Part shown: piece after piece, positions 60,779 through 64,000 of the stretch
How the letters are laid out: each line of letters starts with the position of its first letter
Numbering within the stretch: position 1 is the first letter of the stretch
Assembly (NCBI GenBank): GCA_039803205.1
Contig: JBDRYB010000002.1
Span: 1 to 64,000, forward strand
DNA: 64,000 nucleotides
From: a candidate division WOR-3 bacterium
GTDB taxonomy: Bacteria; Hydrothermota; Hydrothermia; JBDRYB01
Direction: 5' to 3'
Notes under the pieces: model-generated
Told to the model about the DNA's origin: nothing
The model's database searches: none
Seen by the model: the letters and a program-made list of their open reading frames with translations, nothing else
Program-made: the position numbers and the translations under genes

Positions 60779-63127
60779 CTACTTGAACCACTCCTTCTTT
60801 TTCTTCTCCAGCTCCTCCTTGGCCTTTTTCTTCTGTTTCTCTGCCTCCTCTTGTGCTTTCTTCTTAGCTTTCTCGGCCTCTTCCTGGGCCTTCTTCTTTG
60901 CCTTCTCAGCTTCCTCCATTACCTTTTCCTTGCCCTTCTCCAGCTCTTTGCCCACCTCTTCCTCTATCTGCTTTCCTACATCTGTCCCGGTTATCTTTAT
61001 CTCAGGGGAATCCATTGTCCCGCCCAGCTCAAAGTAAAATGTCGCGGCCTGCATGTTCGGAATTATGAGGTTTGAAAGCCGTGGCGAAAGCGCTTTAACC
61101 TTTGTCAGATCCACATCCAGGCTCAGATCAAGGTCAAGCTCCTTCTGGAAAGAGGCCCTGCCAACGAAAGCAAGCCCTACATCTTCGGATGAGAATGTGA
61201 GCCTCCTGCAACTGACCCATCCGTCTTTGACCATGAAACCCGTCTCGCAAGAGCTGTAGGCGTATGAACCGAGTGAGGCTATGCCTGTAAAATCCGCCAG
61301 TTGTCTCATCAGGGCTGAACCCTGAACCCTGCCTCCGGATGACCAAACCCTTCCCTCAAGTGTTATGGTGGCCAGAGGGTCCGCGACCCGGAATTCTCCG
61401 GAGACCGAAAAAGAAGCCCTACCGGAGAGCTTAGCACCAAGAGGATCGTGCTTCTTGGAGAACTCGGATAGGTCAAATCCGGAAAGCGTTATATCCATCC
61501 TGACAAGCTGGGGCCTCGCGTGGGATATGCTGGCTCTGCCTGAGAGAGTCCCCCCGTAGAGGGAGGCCCTGAGGCCCTCGCCATACAGCCCATTTTCGTC
61601 AGAGAGAACGCTCACTTGGAGGTTCCGGATCTCCTCGCCCCTTAGCCCTACCCAGTCCGCGTGAAACTCAAGCCTGCCCCTGGGGATGATGTCCGGGGTA
61701 AAGTCCCCCGCGCCGCCTGTTCCGCCTTTTGGCAGGAGCGCGTCAAGGTCAATCCTCTGCGCCCTCACGGAGAAATATCCCTCCTTCCGGATGGGATAAG
61801 CGATGCCTGATGCGGAGAGGGAAAGGTAGGAGGAGGAGACGCTGAGATGGTTGAGCTTGGTAGAATCAGGGGTGTAGATGATCTCTGCTTCCGCGAGGTC
61901 GATCTCCTCAGGGAGGCCCTTTGTCCTAAAGTTCTTGAGGGTAGCCGATGCCTTCACCGATGGATTTTCCGGAGTCCCGGAGGCCCTGAATGTGAACTCA
62001 GCCCTGCCGCTCACCTCCGGGAGAAAGTCCTCAAACCAGAGCGAGGCCTGACCGTTTATGAAATAGGCTATTCTGGGCATGAAGATTACGGTCCCTTCAA
62101 GGGAGCCCTTTGTCCTGCCGGATGAAGCGGCAACATCCAGGTTGACCCTATCCCCAGCAAGACCAAGCCTAAGCCTGTAGAAATTCACTGGCTCAGGGGC
62201 CGCATCTGTTTTCACGGAAAGCCCGGAGGCATCAAGAGAACCCCAAGCCCCCGCGAGCTTCACCGAGGTATCCTTTTTCGCTAGCTCAACCCGGAGGCTG
62301 TCTATCTTTATCTCGCCTTTCAGAGACACCTGGCCGGATAATCCACCCATGTCAAGGGACTGAGCGGGGAGAATGAGGGTATAGGATGAGGAATCACCGG
62401 AAAGCCCCCTCGCAGAGAGCATAAATACGGCCCCCATTTTGTCAACCGAAACCCTTGATTCTCCTAGGGAAAGCGAGTCTCCGCCCTGATCGTAAAAACC
62501 AGAGACCTTCCACGCAAGGGGCTTGTTGACCAGGCCTGGCGCGAGAACGAGGCCAATTGCCTTGCCCTCTGATCTCAGCCTCACCTCGGTTTTCTTTGAA
62601 ACCGAGGCTGAGAGGGACATGTTTATCTCAGAGAGGGCGAGGGTTGTCTCCCTTTCGGCTGATAGCAGGGTAAGTGAGCCGTTCTTGACCCTGAGGCCGC
62701 CCATCTCAAGGGCAAAGGGCAGTTCCTGCTCCTTTTCGGGTTTCCTGGAGGGCTTTGATGGCCCAGATATGAGGGTTATCTCAGGGTTTTCAATATCTAT
62801 CCCGGCAAAGGAAACCTGGCCCCAGAACAGGGGCAGGATTTTTACATTCAGGCGGGCCCTTTTTACCTTTGCCAGAGGCGGATCCCCCTCTCTTTCTCCA
62901 GCGATGAAAACGCTGTCTATATTAACGCCTATTCCCGTAAGACCTATGCCCAGGCTTGCCTTACCTATCTCAACCTTCCTGTTCAGCTCACGAGAGGCCC
63001 TCGCGGAGACCGCACGCGCGACGGTTGTGGGGTTCACGATGGCCCTGAGATAGAAGAAGCCTCCAACCAGAAGCATGATAACCGCGCCAGCGATAACGCA
63101 TATGGTTATAAGCCATTTCCTCTTCAT
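60779..63127 (-). CDS. AsmA-family protein with Lys/Glu-rich repetitive C-terminus
   Basis: N-terminal TM, KILPLFWG, LYGGTLSG, GGTMDSP; EEAEKAKKKAQ repeats. Confidence 0.8.
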   Translation of the reverse strand: MKRKWLITICVIAGAVIMLLVGGFFYLRAIVNPTTVARAVSARASRELNRKVEIGKASLGIGLTGIGVNIDSVFIAGEREGDPPLAKVKRARLNVKILPLFWGQVSFAGIDIENPEITLISGPSKPSRKPEKEQELPFALEMGGLRVKNGSLTLLSAERETTLALSEINMSLSASVSKKTEVRLRSEGKAIGLVLAPGLVNKPLAWKVSGFYDQGGDSLSLGESRVSVDKMGAVFMLSARGLSGDSSSYTLILPAQSLDMGGLSGQVSLKGEIKIDSLRVELAKKDTSVKLAGAWGSLDASGLSVKTDAAPEPVNFYRLRLGLAGDRVNLDVAASSGRTKGSLEGTVIFMPRIAYFINGQASLWFEDFLPEVSGRAEFTFRASGTPENPSVKASATLKNFRTKGLPEEIDLAEAEIIYTPDSTKLNHLSVSSSYLSLSASGIAYPIRKEGYFSVRAQRIDLDALLPKGGTGGAGDFTPDIIPRGRLEFHADWVGLRGEEIRNLQVSVLSDENGLYGEGLRASLYGGTLSGRASISHARPQLVRMDITLSGFDLSEFSKKHDPLGAKLSGRASFSVSGEFRVADPLATITLEGRVWSSGGRVQGSALMRQLADFTGIASLGSYAYSSCETGFMVKDGWVSCRRLTFSSEDVGLAFVGRASFQKELDLDLSLDVDLTKVKALSPRLSNLIIPNMQAATFYFELGGTMDSPEIKITGTDVGKQIEEEVGKELEKGKEKVMEEAEKAKKKAQEEAEKAKKKAQEEAEKQKKKAKEELEKKKKEWFK

Positions 63128-63202
63128 AGTGCTAGATTATAAAACAGGGTCAGGCTTCCGCGCCTGTTCTGGTTAGACCTGGACTATCGCGCTCCGGTTA
63201 GC

Positions 63203-64000
63203 CTACCTTATCAGCTTCACCGTCCTCGTTCCTCCTTGATACCTCAGGACGGCCAGGTGGACGCCCCTTATCCCTGTTTTTGGGATAAATGTGTGGGTTC
63301 CGGGAGCCAGGAGGCCATCATAAAGATTCTGGATCAGACGGCCCCCCGCGTCGTAAAGCGAGAGGGAGACCCATGCCTCCGCGGGCAAAAAGAGGGATAC
63401 GCCTCGTCCCCATGGGCGGAACTCAATTGCGTTCAGGCCCCCATTTTCTCCTGCGCCCAGAGCCCCACAGCCCGTTGCATTGATAGGGTCATCAAGCGCA
63501 TAGAGGTAATAGTCCGCTGTCCCTACTATCACCTCTATACAGCCATCGCCGTCTATGTCCCCAGGGAACGGAGAATGAACATCCCAGCCAACAGCCCTTT
63601 TCCAGCAGAGGGTGCCGTTTTCGGCGTTGAAGCAGTAAAGCGTGTCAGGCCCCATCTCCACATTCGGGACCATGACCTCAAGCCTGTCATCCCCGTCAAC
63701 ATCCGCGAGGGAAACCGCGGTGTGGAGCCATACTCCACTGGTAGGGGAAGCCCATTCTGCCGCGCCGGATGAACCATCCAGACAATACATGTTCATGTCA
63801 TAACTGCCTATGAAGACCTCAAGCTGGCCGTCTTCATCCGCATCCGCTATCGCGGGGGATGATACCACGACATTCCCTGTTACAAAGAGCCATTCCTGCG
63901 CGCCAGTTGCACCATCAACGCAATAGACATTGTAATCGGTTGAACCAAAGACAGCCTCAAGAACGCCATCGCCGTCAAGGTCTGCGACCGCTGGGGATGA
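63203..64000 (-). CDS. FG-GAP/PQQ-like beta-propeller with T9SS-like C-terminal domain (5'-partial)
   Basis: SSPAIADADEDG repeats; LSLYDAGGRLI tail; frame continues to the window edge. Confidence 0.85.
   Translation of the reverse strand, partial: SSPAVADLDGDGVLEAVFGSTDYNVYCVDGATGAQEWLFVTGNVVVSSPAIADADEDGQLEVFIGSYDMNMYCLDGSSGAAEWASPTSGVWLHTAVSLADVDGDDRLEVMVPNVEMGPDTLYCFNAENGTLCWKRAVGWDVHSPFPGDIDGDGCIEVIVGTADYYLYALDDPINATGCGALGAGENGGLNAIEFRPWGRGVSLFLPAEAWVSLSLYDAGGRLIQNLYDGLLAPGTHTFIPKTGIRGVHLAVLRYQGGTRTVKLIR

Overview
Gene-dense bacterial chromosomal window. By inference it comes from an uncultured, probably thermophilic FCB-related lineage such as WOR-3 (secreted beta-propellers with T9SS/FlgD-like C-terminal tails, Glu/Lys-rich proteins). 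It is mostly housekeeping (dapB, yhaM, uppP, cmk-plsC, ispH, rpsA, mtaB, rpmI, lon, ddl, gpsA, purA, gatA, korB/korC, pyrR, serS) plus envelope and secreted proteins. I recognised no rRNA, tRNA, CRISPR array, prophage or intact transposase. The main observations are: (1) two ~99% identical, oppositely oriented 735-bp IS1634-derived non-autonomous elements (20008-20742, 35506-36240) whose target duplications and interrupted genes are swapped between copies, indicating inversion of the 14.8-kb segment between them; (2) many transcripts that look leaderless (-10 box 6-8 nt before the start codon, no SD); (3) four tandem PrcB-C-like paralogues inside a korB-korC-gatA operon; (4) a 4x111-bp repeat protein with hypervariable positions; (5) an SD/start-sequestering hairpin before a gene cut off at the window edge; (6) GTAG REP-like palindromes; (7) a Pyrococcus-type Asp-ligated ferredoxin. 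All family calls come from motif recognition by eye, not database searches.
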